A stretch of DNA of 64,000 bases from Candidatus Latescibacterota bacterium (GCA_965205485.1 OZ242180.1:3040001-3104000); one strand, 5' to 3'. Counted from the first letter of the stretch, positions 1-11,482 are shown. Numbers and translations: made by a program. The notes: generated by a model from the sequence alone, not told the origin.

Positions 1-1471
1 AGATGCGCTGATCGGGGTCTTCGTAACGGGTGCGCTTCTCGCCCGTGAGCATCCGGCCGTGCGAGTAGGTGATCAGATTCAGCCGGTCCGCGTGCGCGTG
101 TCCGGAGCCCGGCAGAAGCGCGTTCAGTCCCGCGTACAGGCGGTTGCCGCCGGCTTCCCGTTTCAATGCCACGTACCCGCTGGAGAGGTTGGCGCTCTGG
201 TACGGTACCGGTTTTTCTGAGATGACTTCTGCGCCGAACAGGAGTCCCGTCAGTCCTCTGTCCCCCTCTCGAAGTACGCGGTACGATCCCGTTTCGTCGA
301 TGTCCAGGTAGCGGTACCCGATTTCGGCCGTCAGCGGATAGCTGGCGAGGCTGGCGCGCCCTCCCATGTCTCCCGTCGGCGCAACGGACAGGTCCGGAAA
401 CGTCTGGGCGGTAAACCATTTGATAGCGCGGCGAACGTGCCGGTAACTGCTGTTCCCGGAATCCAGTTCGTCGTAGATCTCGGACGGGAACAGGTGCGGC
501 ATCTGTCGCGAGAGCCTGTGGCCGAGTACGAGCGCGCGGCAGTTCGGACCCAGGGCATACAGGTGGTACGCGCTGCACAGACCCCAGAAACCTCCGTCAG
601 CCAGATAGTTGTTGCGCGTCAGCCAGCGGATGCCGCGGTGGTTTGGGCGCTGGTCGGAAGCGTAGTCCCGGTGGCCGAACGCCCAGTCCACGTAGTCCGT
701 GCTTTCTATGGCGCAACCGACCATGGCGACCGAGCTGAGATAGGCGAACATGCCGTTGTGGCGCGGGCTGCTGTCCTCTTCAACACGGAAGACCGAGTCT
801 GCCCAGTGCCGGAGCAGGTCCTGCCGAATCCGCAAGTGTTCCTGTTCGGTAAAGAGCCCGTCCGTGGACCTGAGGAGTTCGTATGCTTCCGACAGCGCGA
901 GTACGATGACGCAGTCTCCCTCCATGTTGTAGGTCCAGATTACATGCTGGGTGCCGCTCCCCTGCACGGGCAGGGACTGAATGTGTCTGGCGAACAGACT
1001 CAGAATGCCGGCGCTCCTTGTGGCGTACGAACGGTCCGCACCCAGTGCATATAAAAACGCGAGGTGTTGGGCCGTGGTCGCCATCGCCTGGATGTAGGAG
1101 CAGCCCCAGCCTTCGTACAGGGTCCCGGAATACTTGCCGGTCAGATGTACCGCCGTGGACTGCTGATCAAGCGCATGGGCAATGTTGCACCGATGGCAGG
1201 TGGCTTCCCGGTCGTTGAACGGTTCGAACCTGAGCCTTTCCTGGCAGACGGGACAGATCAGCAGCCAGTAAACCTGCATCTTACGTTTTGGCATGAGCGA
1301 CTCGATCTGTTCGAGGGGCCGCTCTAGCCACGGCTGCACGCTGGCGTGCAATTCCTGCGCGGCCTTCTTTGCCCAGTCGTGGGATCGGACTTTTCGCCTG
1401 ATCTCCTCCAGGGTCGCCACGTCCAAGAATCCGGCCGGGTGGATCCATCGCTGCTTATCGGAGTCGCCCAT
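1..1471 (-). CDS. Heparinase II/III-like (alginate-lyase-type) protein with N-terminal CxxC..CxxC motif; runs off window start
   Basis: Not in the ORF track. Manual translation from ATG 1471 (GGAGGAGG RBS) gives MGDSDKQRWIHPAG...ICPVC...TCHRC...RHNGM...YLADGGFWGLCSAYHLY...GHAHADRLNL, open to position 1. HxHxDxL is typical of heparinase II/III C-terminal domains. Confidence 0.8.
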   Translation of the reverse strand, partial: MGDSDKQRWIHPAGFLDVATLEEIRRKVRSHDWAKKAAQELHASVQPWLERPLEQIESLMPKRKMQVYWLLICPVCQERLRFEPFNDREATCHRCNIAHALDQQSTAVHLTGKYSGTLYEGWGCSYIQAMATTAQHLAFLYALGADRSYATRSAGILSLFARHIQSLPVQGSGTQHVIWTYNMEGDCVIVLALSEAYELLRSTDGLFTEQEHLRIRQDLLRHWADSVFRVEEDSSPRHNGMFAYLSSVAMVGCAIESTDYVDWAFGHRDYASDQRPNHRGIRWLTRNNYLADGGFWGLCSAYHLYALGPNCRALVLGHRLSRQMPHLFPSEIYDELDSGNSSYRHVRRAIKWFTAQTFPDLSVAPTGDMGGRASLASYPLTAEIGYRYLDIDETGSYRVLREGDRGLTGLLFGAEVISEKPVPYQSANLSSGYVALKREAGGNRLYAGLNALLPGSGHAHADRLNLITYSHGRMLTGEKRTRYEDPDQRI

Positions 1472-1668
1472 CCCGCCTCCTCCTTTGTTCCCGAGCGCCT
1501 TTTCCGATCTTCCGGTCAGATGACAAGATAACATCTGAGCGCCTATCGCAAAGGAGTATCCGCTTCCGGTCGGGGACCCTGCGAAGTGAGTTTGTCGGTT
1601 TCCGGCGTTTGCATATATTGCGGTTAGTCGGGCGGGCGAACAGCGAACCATACTGCGGAGGATTCGAG

Positions 1669-2478
1669 ATGGGCATGACGGACGAAGAGAAGTTTCGTTT
1701 CGATCTGACGGGCTTTCTGGTGCGACCGGCCATTCTGAATCAGGATGAGATCGAATCCATCGTCGAGCAGATCGATCGCATCGTGCATGATCCCGGCGCA
1801 CTGCCACCGGAACATCGTACGGTTCCAGGGGGACCGTCGAGCGTTCTGATCGATCACCCGAAGGTCGTGGAGGTCCTGCAAGAGATTATCGGGCCCGAGA
1901 TTCGAATGGAAGGCTGTTACTGCGTATGGCGCAAGAAAGGGGAGTCCCACGGCGGGGGCCTTCACGGAGGCGGCCCCGGCCAGATCGATCCGATATTCGG
2001 ATACCGTTGTCAGAACGGGCGGATTCACGCCGGGATGGTACGCGTGGTCTTCGAGCTGACGGAAGTGCGTCCGGAAGATGGGGGCACGCATTTCATCGTA
2101 GGCAGCCATAAGGCGAATTTTGAAATGCATCCCGATCACCTTTCCATGGAGCCGGGAAAGCGAAGCCCGTACCTGATGGGATATGGATGCCCGGCTGGCA
2201 GCGCCGTATTCTTCACAGAGAACGTGTGCCACGTGGGACCGGAATGGACCAGCGACAGTCCGCGCGTCGCCGTGCTGCATGCCTATTCGCACCTGGCAAC
2301 GCACTGGCACCGGCTGAATGTGCCTCCGGACGTACTTGACAGTCTGCCGCGAGAGAAACAGGCCTGGTTTCGCGAGCCGTGGATCGCCGATTTCCGCACC
2401 CGGCCGGCAACCCGGAATACGCTGGACCACTATCTGGGTTCGAAAGATCCAATGATGCGAACCGCCGTCGGGGATTGA
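1669..2478 (+). CDS. PhyH-family Fe(II)/2OG-dependent enzyme, HxG variant
   Basis: FDLTGFLV, LHGGG, DGGTHFIVGSHK, ENVCH, PRVAV motifs; GGAGG RBS before ATG 1669. Confidence 0.85.
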   Translation: MGMTDEEKFRFDLTGFLVRPAILNQDEIESIVEQIDRIVHDPGALPPEHRTVPGGPSSVLIDHPKVVEVLQEIIGPEIRMEGCYCVWRKKGESHGGGLHGGGPGQIDPIFGYRCQNGRIHAGMVRVVFELTEVRPEDGGTHFIVGSHKANFEMHPDHLSMEPGKRSPYLMGYGCPAGSAVFFTENVCHVGPEWTSDSPRVAVLHAYSHLATHWHRLNVPPDVLDSLPREKQAWFREPWIADFRTRPATRNTLDHYLGSKDPMMRTAVGD

Positions 2479-2589
2479 GAGTCTGTCAGCCCGGTCTCCA
2501 GACGCGTTGGAATTCCGTCTTGCGACGGCGTGAGAGTCGGCACGTAAACCGGCATGGCGCAGTGAACGTTGAATGAAAGCGACATAGCG

Positions 2590-3459
2590 ATGGAAGATTA
2601 TTCACACGTGATGAAGCCGGACACCGGTTATCAGTATGAGTTTAAGGCCGGGGATCTGGATGCAATGAGCGAATGCCTGGAGGCGCATGGATTCGCAGTC
2701 ATCAAGGATGTGCTGCCGCCGGAACGTGTTGAAGCGCTCAAACAGGCAGTGTGGGACGGCACGGATCCGGACGGCGCGCTGGCGACGGGTGAGAGCAGTA
2801 CGCGCCATGCGTGGATTGAGTCCGGGCCAGGAGCATGGTCGCTCCTGGAGTTTGAACCGTTCATGGATATTCATCGTCACTTAATCGGTACGGAAGAGCT
2901 GACCTTACATCGGTCGGCCGCAATTATCCGGATGCCGGGGTCACAACCTGTGTCGTGGCACACGGATTGGTGCGGGTATTCGACGGAGATCAGGAATTCG
3001 GGTGATGTGTTGAATCGCGGTCTCTGGCCGTCGGGCAAGTGGTTTTACCTGACGGGATCCCGCCCGGTTCATGGCGGTCTGTGTGTCATTGAAGACTCCC
3101 ATGTGAAAGATTGGGACGGTCCGGAGGGGTTCAGGATGACGGCCGACAGGCGATCGTTTTATCCCGAAGGCGAGGAAGAGCGACCGTATGCCGGTTTTGA
3201 TATTCCCGGACTTGTGCCGCTGTTCACACAGGGCGGTGATATGATCGTATTCGCCCACCGGACGTACCATGGCGCGTTTCCCAACCGGCTGCAAGAGCCG
3301 AGACTGTCGTGTGGCGTCGGTTTCCGGGACCGCGGGCACCGTATCGATGTTCCGTGGGAGATTCCGCAATCCGGACGATGGTTTCTCGAGAACTTGCCGG
3401 ACCATCTCAAGGTATATACGGATGGCTATACCAGCATTGACATGGATTGGCGCGGATAG
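2590..3459 (+). CDS. PhyH-family Fe(II)/2OG dioxygenase, canonical HxD
   Basis: HGFAVIKDVL, WHTDW, GGLCVIEDSH, GDMIVFAHRTYHG, PRLS; start could be TTG 2569. Confidence 0.85.
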   Translation: MEDYSHVMKPDTGYQYEFKAGDLDAMSECLEAHGFAVIKDVLPPERVEALKQAVWDGTDPDGALATGESSTRHAWIESGPGAWSLLEFEPFMDIHRHLIGTEELTLHRSAAIIRMPGSQPVSWHTDWCGYSTEIRNSGDVLNRGLWPSGKWFYLTGSRPVHGGLCVIEDSHVKDWDGPEGFRMTADRRSFYPEGEEERPYAGFDIPGLVPLFTQGGDMIVFAHRTYHGAFPNRLQEPRLSCGVGFRDRGHRIDVPWEIPQSGRWFLENLPDHLKVYTDGYTSIDMDWRG

Positions 3460-3522
3460 GGTCCGGCAGTTGTTGCCGCGCAGGAGGGTCAACAGTCGTG
3501 TCGCGTTGGGCCGAGGTGTGAC

Positions 3523-4431
3523 TTGAGGACGGTCTACGTGCTGCTGACGATGGACTGCGAGACCGCCAGATCGGACCTGGCGCCCAATGCAATCCGGATG
3601 TCCGGTAGCGGTCCCGCGGACTACGAGGAGAGTGCACGATCGATTTTTGGATATGCGGAGACGGCAGCGACGTACGGATATCCCGTCACGTTTCTTGCGC
3701 ATCCCGAAGTGGCTGTCGAGAACGCGGACCTGCTCCTGGATCTGCGGGACCGCGGCGCATGTCTGGGGCTGCATGTCCACCCGTACAAGCTCAGACACCG
3801 GAAATACAGGTACGACCTCGGGGCGTATTCCGCCGGTGAGCAGTCAGGGATCGTCAGCGGCGCGATGCACGTGTGGGAATCCGCGCTCGGTCATCCGCCC
3901 TGTTATTTCAGGGCCGGTTACTTCTCGGCCAACGATCAGACATTTGGTGTCTTGAGCGATCTGGGATTTGCGGGCGGCAGCCTGTCCATCCCGGAGCGGG
4001 TCCTCCCCGGACATCATAGCCTCTGGGCGGGCGCGGAGAACTACCCACACAGAGCCTGTCACCAGTGTCGTTTGACTGCCGGCGAAAGCGATTTCATCAA
4101 TGTGCCGGTGTCCGTCGCATGCGAGCGCCCGGTCAGTCGCGGGCACGCGGGCGAGCAGGGTTATGAATGGTCCTATGTACCGCATCCGTACGATCACAAG
4201 GCGGTTATCCGGAACGTGCTGGAGCGGTTCGTTGTCGACGAGCCCCGGTTTCCGGTGATCGTGACGGACAGCCATAACGACCAGGAATACCGGGATCCCG
4301 ATCATCCGGCACGGTTGAATCTTGAACTCATCCTCCGTACAATCATGGACACCTGCTGCCGGATGGGTTTGCGTCAGGAGGGCATTACCCTGGACGCATT
4401 GTGCAGACTTGTAGGGGACGACGCGTCGTGA
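3523..4431 (+). CDS. Polysaccharide deacetylase-like (NodB/CE4 fold) protein
   Basis: LTMDCE, PVTFL, LGLHVHP and FRAG motifs. Confidence 0.7.
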   Translation: MRTVYVLLTMDCETARSDLAPNAIRMSGSGPADYEESARSIFGYAETAATYGYPVTFLAHPEVAVENADLLLDLRDRGACLGLHVHPYKLRHRKYRYDLGAYSAGEQSGIVSGAMHVWESALGHPPCYFRAGYFSANDQTFGVLSDLGFAGGSLSIPERVLPGHHSLWAGAENYPHRACHQCRLTAGESDFINVPVSVACERPVSRGHAGEQGYEWSYVPHPYDHKAVIRNVLERFVVDEPRFPVIVTDSHNDQEYRDPDHPARLNLELILRTIMDTCCRMGLRQEGITLDALCRLVGDDAS

Positions 4432-4469
4432 ATGAGAAGGCCGGATTCTTTTTCTGATTGGAGGAACCT

Positions 4470-5297
4470 ATGCGAATCGATTCTCACGTGCACGTGTGGA
4501 CGATGGGTTCACCGCCGTTTACGCACAACGATGAAATGTCAACCAGTCGGCCGAAATATCCGGGACTGGTCGAGGATCTCATACGGTATATGGACCTGAA
4601 CAACATTGACCGAACGGTGCTGATTCAATGCATGTATCACGGGTACGACAACAGTTACATGTGCGACTGCATGCGGCGATTTCCCGATCGCCTGCACGGC
4701 GTGGCGCTGATCGACCCCGTACGTCCGGGCGCGGCCGGGAAGATGGAACGGCTCCACGGCGAGCACGGGGTGCAGGGGATGCGTCTGTATCCAATAAAGG
4801 ATAAAGACGCATCCTGGCTGTCGCGTGACGATCAGACGGCGCTATGGGAAACCGCGAAGAGACTGGGGGTCCCGTTCACATGGTTCGGCCGCTGCCATCA
4901 GATTCCGTTGCTGGAGCCGATGCTGGACCGATTCCCCGAGGTCAACGTTATTGTGGATCACCTGGGAGAGCCCGTGCTGCCCGAAGGCCTGGACGGGAGC
5001 TTTCGGTACCTCCTCCAGGCAGCGAAGTATCCGAATCTCTATGTGAAGGCCACGAGGATTGATGGCATATCCGCGCAATCGTGGCCGCACGAGGACGTTC
5101 ATCCGTATGTTGAGGCCGTACTCGAAGCTTTCGGGTCCCGCCGGATGCTGGGGTGTACCGGATTTCCCGAAGACCCCCAGCGCGGCGAGGCCGTCGGCTT
5201 CCGCGTGATCGAAGAAGCGATGGACTTTCTTTCCGATGAAGACAAGGCCTGGATATTGGGAAAGACCGCGGACAAGCTCTACGGCCGCAACCCATAG
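4470..5297 (+). CDS. Amidohydrolase family protein (sugar lactonase-like)
   Basis: IDSHVHVW, YDNSY, GMRL, VIVDHLGEP, PNLYVK, FGSRRML motifs. Confidence 0.85.
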   Translation: MRIDSHVHVWTMGSPPFTHNDEMSTSRPKYPGLVEDLIRYMDLNNIDRTVLIQCMYHGYDNSYMCDCMRRFPDRLHGVALIDPVRPGAAGKMERLHGEHGVQGMRLYPIKDKDASWLSRDDQTALWETAKRLGVPFTWFGRCHQIPLLEPMLDRFPEVNVIVDHLGEPVLPEGLDGSFRYLLQAAKYPNLYVKATRIDGISAQSWPHEDVHPYVEAVLEAFGSRRMLGCTGFPEDPQRGEAVGFRVIEEAMDFLSDEDKAWILGKTADKLYGRNP

Positions 5298-5308
5298 GAG
5301 GAATCGTC

Positions 5309-8290
5309 ATGTGGCAGTTGAATCTCTCAGGTCTGGGGTCGATGGGATGGGCGGTTGCACTACCCGGGGTACAGTCGGCGTTGATCGACGTGTGTTTCTT
5401 GAGAATCCACATTCTCGTGTTCCTGTTCATCCTTCCCGCGATACTGCTGGCGGCATCCAGGAGCGCATGCGCCGGACCCCGGACATTGTACAAATCCGCG
5501 GACATTGAAAACGCTCGCCGAAACGTGGCGCAATACGATTGGGCGAAGGGAATCGTGGAGGGATGGGAGAGAGATGTCGCGCTGGCGATGCGGCAGGACC
5601 GCGGGTTTTTCGATACACTGATTCCGGAGTTGACGCCCGGAACCCATTACGGCCAGAACTGCCCCCATTGCGTGGGGAAGCTGTCGCTGATGGGTGGCGG
5701 GCGGTTCAACTGGACCATAGAGCGTCCTGATGAAATCTCGTGCAGTGTCTGCGGGACGGTTTACCCGAATGCGCGGTATCCTGAAACCGGCGTTCTGGAA
5801 TGCCCTCGCATGGGGCAGCGGTTTACGTATTACCAGACGCCTGAAGAAGTGGCCGATCCCGAGAACAGGGCCAATCATGCGCTCAAGTGGCTAGGCGAAC
5901 GTCCCACGATGACGAGTTTCACGGGGCATATTCGAGATTGCAAGGTGGGCTGGGCGACGGGCCAGGCGTTGACGCTGGCGAAGTTGTTTGCCGTTTCAGG
6001 CGATGCCAGGTACGCTGAACGGGTGGTCTGGATTCTGGATCGATTCGCTCGTGTCTATCCGAATTATCTCTATCATTCGTACGACGGCAGTATCGCCGAC
6101 CTGCCGCCCGCGGAAGTGGCGGCCAATATGGGCGGGGAGGAGTTGGCGGGAGGACCCGCGGGCGGGCGCTTTCCGCCTGGTGCTGTACGGCACGCTTACG
6201 GCTTGCATCAATATGAAACGCATTCCACACTGAACAATGGGTTCTGGGGCGCGGGGCGCCTGCGCGTGCACGGGAAGGGGAGCGATGCCGGCCCGCTCTT
6301 CTCGATGCTCGTCGCGTATGACCTGGTCCGCGAAGCGTCCTACCCGGACGGCCGCCGCGTGCTGGATGAAGTCACGGAACGCCGCATCGTGGATGATCTG
6401 ATGCTGGCCGGTTGCGCGGATATGGAGCACTGGAACTCTCTCTCCAACAAGGGCACCGCCGTATTTGTATTGAGCTCCGGAGTCGGGATGCTTTTTGGGC
6501 AGCCGGACCGTGTCCGACACGCGCTGGACGGCTTCCGCCGAATGCTGGATGAGCGCTACCACCACGATGGATTCTACGCCGAATGTCCGTCCTATTCGGC
6601 CCACAACCTTTCAAATGTGCACGAACTGGCCGACCTGCTCCATGGATACAGCGACCCGCCCGGGTATTTACCCGATGAAGGAAAGTGGATTGATTCGCTG
6701 GACATGTTCTCCAGTGGGCGTTTTCATGATTCGCTGGTGTCACTGGTCAGATCGCTGGCGCCCGGAAACCGGATGCCTGTGATCGGAGATACGCAATACA
6801 TCGCGACGGCGGACCTTCTTTCCCTGGAGATGCTGGCTGCTCGCCTCGGGGGGGCTTATGCTGGATTGCTGGAGCAGGTTCAAGGCGCGAAATTGTCCGA
6901 AAGAGGCAGGGAGTATGCGTTGTGGTATCGTCCCTTCGATCTTCGCGCGGCCACGGCCGGGTTGCCGCTGCGTTCCGAGTGGTTTCCTGGCTGGCATGTC
7001 GGGGTATTGCGTGGGGGCAGGGACGGGAACGACACCGCCCTGTACCTGAATGGCAACGAACATCAGTGGACGGTGCAGACAGGTCATCGGCATCAGGATG
7101 TCTTGAGTTTAAGCCTCTATGGCTTTGGCGAAGAACTGGCGTCGGACCGCGGTTATTTTTCCGGCAGCGATCAGCGGCTTCCGGACGGAAGGAGCGGTCA
7201 GAGATGGATGAAGAGCACCCTTTCCCACAATCTGGTGGTTGTCGACGAGGAAGATCAGCGGAGAAGCGATTGCGGCTCGAATCTCGAGCTTTTTGGCCTG
7301 GCGCCGGGCATCGAGGTCGTGCAGGCTTCGGGGGTAAACGTCTATCCGCAGTGCGACGTCTATCAGCGTCTCTGCGTTATGGTGGATGCGGCTGAGGGTC
7401 AGACTTATGCCGTTGACATCTTCCGGGTCAGCGGAGGAAAAATCCATCAGTACGGCTTTCAGTGCAACGGAACGCTGGCGGGCGGTGTGCCCGACTTTTC
7501 CACGTACGATTCGGTAAGACTCTCGGATGTCTGGGCCGAGTGGCTTGAGAATCCACGGGCGATTTCACCGGAGAAGACAACGGCGATTACATGGCAACAT
7601 CGGGGGATAAACCTGGACTTGATGGTGCTCAATACACCGCAACGACTGACGCTCGCCGATGCCCCGGGCTGGCGGATATTCACGACTGAAGAATTGAAAC
7701 AGCCCTCCGTGGGGCATATTCTGGCGGAGAATCGGTCTGGTCACGAGGGCACGCCGCTCTCGAGCCGGTATGTCGCGTTAATCGCACCTTACGTTTCCGG
7801 AAGCTCGCCCGTTGTCAGTGCGCGATTGATCGAAGACGATCCTGAGTCCGGCGCAGTGGCCATTGAGGTCCAGTTGGCAGGCCGCACGGACTACTTCATT
7901 TCTTCGATGGACCAGGAGCAGCGCCAGTATGGTCCCGTGCGCCTGGCGGGCCGATTCGGATTTGCATCGGTGGACGAGCAGGGTCGCGCCATGCGGGCTT
8001 ATCTGTTGGACGGAACGGAGTTGACCTGCGGCGAACTGACCGTTTCACTGGCCGAGGCAAGCACGACCGTGAGCGTCCGGTCCGTCGAAGCGCGGACGTT
8101 CCATATTGCGGAACCGTTATCCGATCCCGAGCGCGTCGTTGGTGCCTATCTGCTGACCGGCACGACGCCACAGACGGGATTCGAGATTGAATCGGCCACC
8201 GAGAACGCCATTACCGTTCGGGACTATCCGGCAATTCCAACCGAAACGGTGACAATATTGAATTCCGGTTGGAGAGAGGCGAAAAAATGA
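5309..8290 (+). CDS. Secreted heparinase II/III-like polysaccharide lyase with Cys-ribbon
   Basis: AGGAGG RBS; hydrophobic N-terminus; CPHC..CSVC; DGFYAECPSY; GHRHQDVLSL; DRGY; SHNLVVVD. Confidence 0.8.
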   Translation: MWQLNLSGLGSMGWAVALPGVQSALIDVCFLRIHILVFLFILPAILLAASRSACAGPRTLYKSADIENARRNVAQYDWAKGIVEGWERDVALAMRQDRGFFDTLIPELTPGTHYGQNCPHCVGKLSLMGGGRFNWTIERPDEISCSVCGTVYPNARYPETGVLECPRMGQRFTYYQTPEEVADPENRANHALKWLGERPTMTSFTGHIRDCKVGWATGQALTLAKLFAVSGDARYAERVVWILDRFARVYPNYLYHSYDGSIADLPPAEVAANMGGEELAGGPAGGRFPPGAVRHAYGLHQYETHSTLNNGFWGAGRLRVHGKGSDAGPLFSMLVAYDLVREASYPDGRRVLDEVTERRIVDDLMLAGCADMEHWNSLSNKGTAVFVLSSGVGMLFGQPDRVRHALDGFRRMLDERYHHDGFYAECPSYSAHNLSNVHELADLLHGYSDPPGYLPDEGKWIDSLDMFSSGRFHDSLVSLVRSLAPGNRMPVIGDTQYIATADLLSLEMLAARLGGAYAGLLEQVQGAKLSERGREYALWYRPFDLRAATAGLPLRSEWFPGWHVGVLRGGRDGNDTALYLNGNEHQWTVQTGHRHQDVLSLSLYGFGEELASDRGYFSGSDQRLPDGRSGQRWMKSTLSHNLVVVDEEDQRRSDCGSNLELFGLAPGIEVVQASGVNVYPQCDVYQRLCVMVDAAEGQTYAVDIFRVSGGKIHQYGFQCNGTLAGGVPDFSTYDSVRLSDVWAEWLENPRAISPEKTTAITWQHRGINLDLMVLNTPQRLTLADAPGWRIFTTEELKQPSVGHILAENRSGHEGTPLSSRYVALIAPYVSGSSPVVSARLIEDDPESGAVAIEVQLAGRTDYFISSMDQEQRQYGPVRLAGRFGFASVDEQGRAMRAYLLDGTELTCGELTVSLAEASTTVSVRSVEARTFHIAEPLSDPERVVGAYLLTGTTPQTGFEIESATENAITVRDYPAIPTETVTILNSGWREAKK

Positions 8291-8369
8291 GACCCCGACC
8301 GTCATGATCATACAGGCGGTTTTTCAGTATTGCGGGCTTTTTTCAGGGAATCACAGGGGAGAGAATTCT

Positions 8370-9407
8370 ATGCGGATCTTCGATCGATATTCGGATCTGT
8401 TGAGTTACGTGGAAACCAGGGGTTTTCGCCCGGAAATACTCGGCTGTGCGCCGGACAAAGCGCCGGTCGTGTGCCTGAGAACCGGGGGAGAGAAACTGCC
8501 GGCGATATTCATCAGCGCGGGCAGCCATTCCACGGAACAGGCGGGCGTCGGTTCTGCCGTCGGGCTTCTGACGGAACTGCAGACCGAGCATCAGGTCTAC
8601 GTGATTCCCAGTCGAGATCCCATAGGGATGAACGGGTACGGGTACGCGTTGAGCCTGGGTCTGGGCGAGGAACCGGAGGTGGGTTCGGTCGAGGATGTTC
8701 GGACACTTCTGAAGTCGCGGGGCGAAGTTCTTTACGAACAGGAAGATACGGTTCTCGCAATTATAGGTGAGTACGGGTATTCGACGACGGGCCTACTCGG
8801 GTGTTTCGAGGTGGGGGCGGAATTCCTGGAACCCCTGTTTGGACGACGGATCTTCTATCCTTCGAGCGAGGCCGGCGTTGAAGGCACCGCGCCTTGTCAG
8901 AGAGCGTATACGCTGATCGTCAGCCCGGAGGGAGAGGTGTTGCACATCAACCGGTTTCATGATACGCCGTGGGCGCCGGTCGAATCCCGGTGCGCGCGGA
9001 ATCTGATGGCGCGGACAAAACCGGGCCTCACGCTGGACCTGCACGAGTATGGCGGCAACGGATTCTGGTTCTCGGCGCGTCACCAGCGAAATGACGTCGA
9101 CGAGACGTGGGAAAAACGAATGGCCGATTCGATGATCCGGGCCGTCGCCGATTCGGGCGCGCAGCTTGCGCCGCAGGGGTACGCGCCGGGTCCGTTCTTC
9201 GAGACGCCTGAGCGCGGCGTACTCTGGCTGATCGCAGCCGAACGCGGCGAAGGGTTGAATCTGGCGGACCACGGAGCGAACAGATACGGGCCCTCGTTCA
9301 CCATAGAGACCGGGATGACGATGAAGGGCGGCTATCGCGAGCGGGTGGAGACGTCCATGCTGGCGGCTCGCACAGCAATTTCCGTGTTCGAGGAACGCTG
9401 GCGATGA
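8370..9407 (+). CDS. M14-like zinc carboxypeptidase / desuccinylase-fold hydrolase
   Basis: GSHSTE (HxxE), DPIG, NRF, LDLHE, FTIET; ATG 8370 after GGGGAG. Confidence 0.7.
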   Translation: MRIFDRYSDLLSYVETRGFRPEILGCAPDKAPVVCLRTGGEKLPAIFISAGSHSTEQAGVGSAVGLLTELQTEHQVYVIPSRDPIGMNGYGYALSLGLGEEPEVGSVEDVRTLLKSRGEVLYEQEDTVLAIIGEYGYSTTGLLGCFEVGAEFLEPLFGRRIFYPSSEAGVEGTAPCQRAYTLIVSPEGEVLHINRFHDTPWAPVESRCARNLMARTKPGLTLDLHEYGGNGFWFSARHQRNDVDETWEKRMADSMIRAVADSGAQLAPQGYAPGPFFETPERGVLWLIAAERGEGLNLADHGANRYGPSFTIETGMTMKGGYRERVETSMLAARTAISVFEERWR

Positions 9408-10603
9408 ACCAGAGCGGGATGGCCGCAGGAATCCACGACTCATGCGAAACCCTGCTTCAGGCGATGGTGGGGTTCGACACCGTGAATTCGGCGATTTCGG
9501 GAAAGCCACACGCCGAGCGGGCGCTGTCGGTGTATATGGAGGGGCAGGCTCTTGCGATGGGGCTGGATACGCGCCGGCTGCCGGTGACGGGGGATGGATT
9601 CAATCTGCTGGTCTCTCAACAGGTGGACGCTCGAGCCCCGTGGCTGCTGTTTGAAAGCCACCTGGATACCGTGAGCGTGGACGGGATGACGGTGGACCCG
9701 TTCGAGGGACGGATTGTAGACGGAAGAATGTACGGCCGGGGGACGTGCGATACGAAGGGAACCGGCGCGGCAATGCTCTGGGCACTTTCACGATACCGTC
9801 GGCGAAACGGCCCGAACAACGTGGCGATCCTGTATACCCTGGACGAAGAGGTCGGGAAGACGGGTGTACGCACGTTTGTGGCGTCGCAAATGCCGGAAAT
9901 GGCCTGGCGGCCGGCGGGTGTGATCGTGGGGGAGCCGACAAGGCTGCGAGCCGTGGTTGCGCACAACGGCGTCGTACGCTGGCGGATTCGGACGGCGGGC
10001 GTGGCGGTTCACTCATCGGATCCCTCCCGTGGGCGGTCCGCCATTCGCATGATGACAAGGGTGATCGGGGCGCTTGAGGAGCGTTACATTTCGCGACTGA
10101 CGTCAGAACATCCGCTCACAGGTGCTGCACAGTGCAGCATCAATCTCATTCGAGGCGGCACCCAGATCAACATGATACCGGAACACTGCGAAATTCACGT
10201 GGACCGGCGGGTGGTACCGGGTGAGGCCCCGGACACGGTCATTCCTGCGGTCGAAGGCGTGCTGGAGGAACTTCGGGTTAGTAATCCGAGTCTGAAGGTC
10301 GTTCAGGAAGCGCCCGATATGGTGGACAGCCCGCTGGATCCCGCCGGAGGGGAAGCGTTCGGCGCTTTTGTAGCAACTGTGTTGAATTCAATGGGGCTGC
10401 CGGACGGCCTGTCCGGCGTCGGCTATGGTACGGACGCCAGCAGCTTCAGCCGTGCGGGGATCCCGGCGGTGGTCCTCGGGCCGGGCGACATTGCGCAGGG
10501 ACACACGGCGGACGAGTGGATCGATCTTGGACAGTTGAACTCAGGCGTTGACGTGTATTACAACCTGATGCGTTCACCGGTGATTGGGCAAGCAACCCCA
10601 TAA
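9404..10603 (+). CDS. M20 metallo-deacylase (ArgE/DapE-like)
   Basis: SHLDTV, GRGTCDTKG, DEE, GEPT, GTDA, GPG..HTADE; ATGA overlap with the upstream gene. Confidence 0.9.
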   Translation: MNQSGMAAGIHDSCETLLQAMVGFDTVNSAISGKPHAERALSVYMEGQALAMGLDTRRLPVTGDGFNLLVSQQVDARAPWLLFESHLDTVSVDGMTVDPFEGRIVDGRMYGRGTCDTKGTGAAMLWALSRYRRRNGPNNVAILYTLDEEVGKTGVRTFVASQMPEMAWRPAGVIVGEPTRLRAVVAHNGVVRWRIRTAGVAVHSSDPSRGRSAIRMMTRVIGALEERYISRLTSEHPLTGAAQCSINLIRGGTQINMIPEHCEIHVDRRVVPGEAPDTVIPAVEGVLEELRVSNPSLKVVQEAPDMVDSPLDPAGGEAFGAFVATVLNSMGLPDGLSGVGYGTDASSFSRAGIPAVVLGPGDIAQGHTADEWIDLGQLNSGVDVYYNLMRSPVIGQATP

Positions 10604-10766
10604 GGCAGAAAAGGGTAGTCTTCGGGTCTGTTCTGGAATCTGATTGGGGCCACCACGACGACATCTCGTCGTTCATCAAGTTTCTGATCCTTGAGAAAAT
10701 GGCCAATCCTGAAGTGATACCGGAGTCATTTGGCGACGTCTGACAACGTCGTTGCGATCAATATGC

Positions 10767-10802
10767 GAAAGCCCGGCGGGGAATGACCTGCCGAGCTTTC
10801 TT
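10767..10802. terminator. Probable intrinsic terminator between convergent units
   Basis: GAAAGCCCGGCGGG...CCTGCCGAGCTTTC stem followed by TT. Confidence 0.55.
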
Positions 10803-10953
10803 AGAGATTTATTGAAGTGAGGGCCGAAGACTGATTGAGTGCATCAATGGGGATTGATCCAGGAATCGTATCTGGAGGGCGCGGCTGGGTGGTTCGGGAT
10901 TGCGTTTCGAGAGACTACGCCATATTCGGGACGGACTGACATCATTCCAAATG

Positions 10954-11482
<529 letters not shown>

